A DNA stretch of 64,000 nt from Schmidtea polychroa (lineage: Eukaryota): positions 34,534,001 through 34,598,000 of the forward strand of contig CM097888.1 of the NCBI GenBank assembly GCA_044892525.1, read 5' to 3'. The translations under genes and the position numbers were made by a program. The notes beneath the pieces are model-generated. The model saw only the letters and a list, made by a program, of their open reading frames with translations, was not told where the DNA came from and ran no database searches. Positions 63,561 to 64,000 of the stretch are shown here, in pieces; the stretch's first letter is position 1, and every line of letters starts with the position of its first letter.

Positions 63561-63820
63561 GAGAGAGAACATCTTTGTAATCATAAATTTTTATTAAAAA
63601 TAAAGTATTTTATTCCATCATGTTTATATAGATCAATCATAAATCAAAATATTCATTCTACTTACGATAAGTGTCCTTCGAGAGTATTGAAACTTTAGGT
63701 CTAGATTTACTTTTCCAAGTTAAATGTATTAATATTCTGCAGAAATCTCGATCGTTGTATGAATAATTTTCCTTAAGTATAGTCCCTGTGAATCTGTTTG
63801 TTGAAGTTTGCTAAGTGGTT

Positions 63821-63893
63821 CCTGTAGAGCAGTTTGGTTAAATGGTAACTTCAATAAAAAATTTTACCTGTAGAGCAGTTTGGTTAAATGGTA
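63821..63893 (+). repeat. 27-bp direct repeat, period 46 bp
   Basis: CCTGTAGAGCAGTTTGGTTAAATGGTA at 63821-47 and 63867-93. Confidence 0.9.
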
Positions 63894-64000
63894 CTCTACA
63901 GATATTTTCCATTTCTTTTATATTATTTTCCGTCCAATCAGGACGCGACTTGCGTGTAATATTATTATTTATTATTATTTTTATGTTTTTTAATGTAATA

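Noticed and set aside
1-64000. CRISPR arrays, rRNA, tRNA genes, prokaryotic operons
   Set aside because: None seen; the sequence is eukaryotic with spliceosomal introns.

Overview
Very AT-rich, gapped scaffold from an invertebrate animal: AP-2 is metazoan-specific, minimal introns are 40-52 nt, and low-complexity AAT/AAC tracts are common. Two conserved spliced host genes could be reconstructed by hand. One is an AP-2/TFAP2 transcription factor (+, ~18.2-23.3 kb). The other is the C-terminal ~1,030 codons of a divergent HECTD1-type HECT E3 ligase (-, 42.2-58.6 kb, 11 exons). Between and inside them lies a dense DNA-transposon graveyard: two near-complete hAT elements with TIRs and 8-bp TSDs, at least four hAT MITEs, piggyBac-type MITEs (one nested in another), and relics of pogo/Tigger, mariner, Merlin, piggyBac, Gypsy, Helitron-like and Penelope-like elements. 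Two intronless orphan-like genes (a RING-H2 protein and an atypical PIM-like kinase) sit in the TE island. The most unusual items are a minimal, dimer-type hammerhead ribozyme at 16921-16959 with decayed copies elsewhere, a 190-bp near-perfect palindrome, and a GC-richer unclassified module at 59.9-63.6 kb containing one intact orphan ORF beside a structured RNA-like block. All calls are by eye; no database searches were run.
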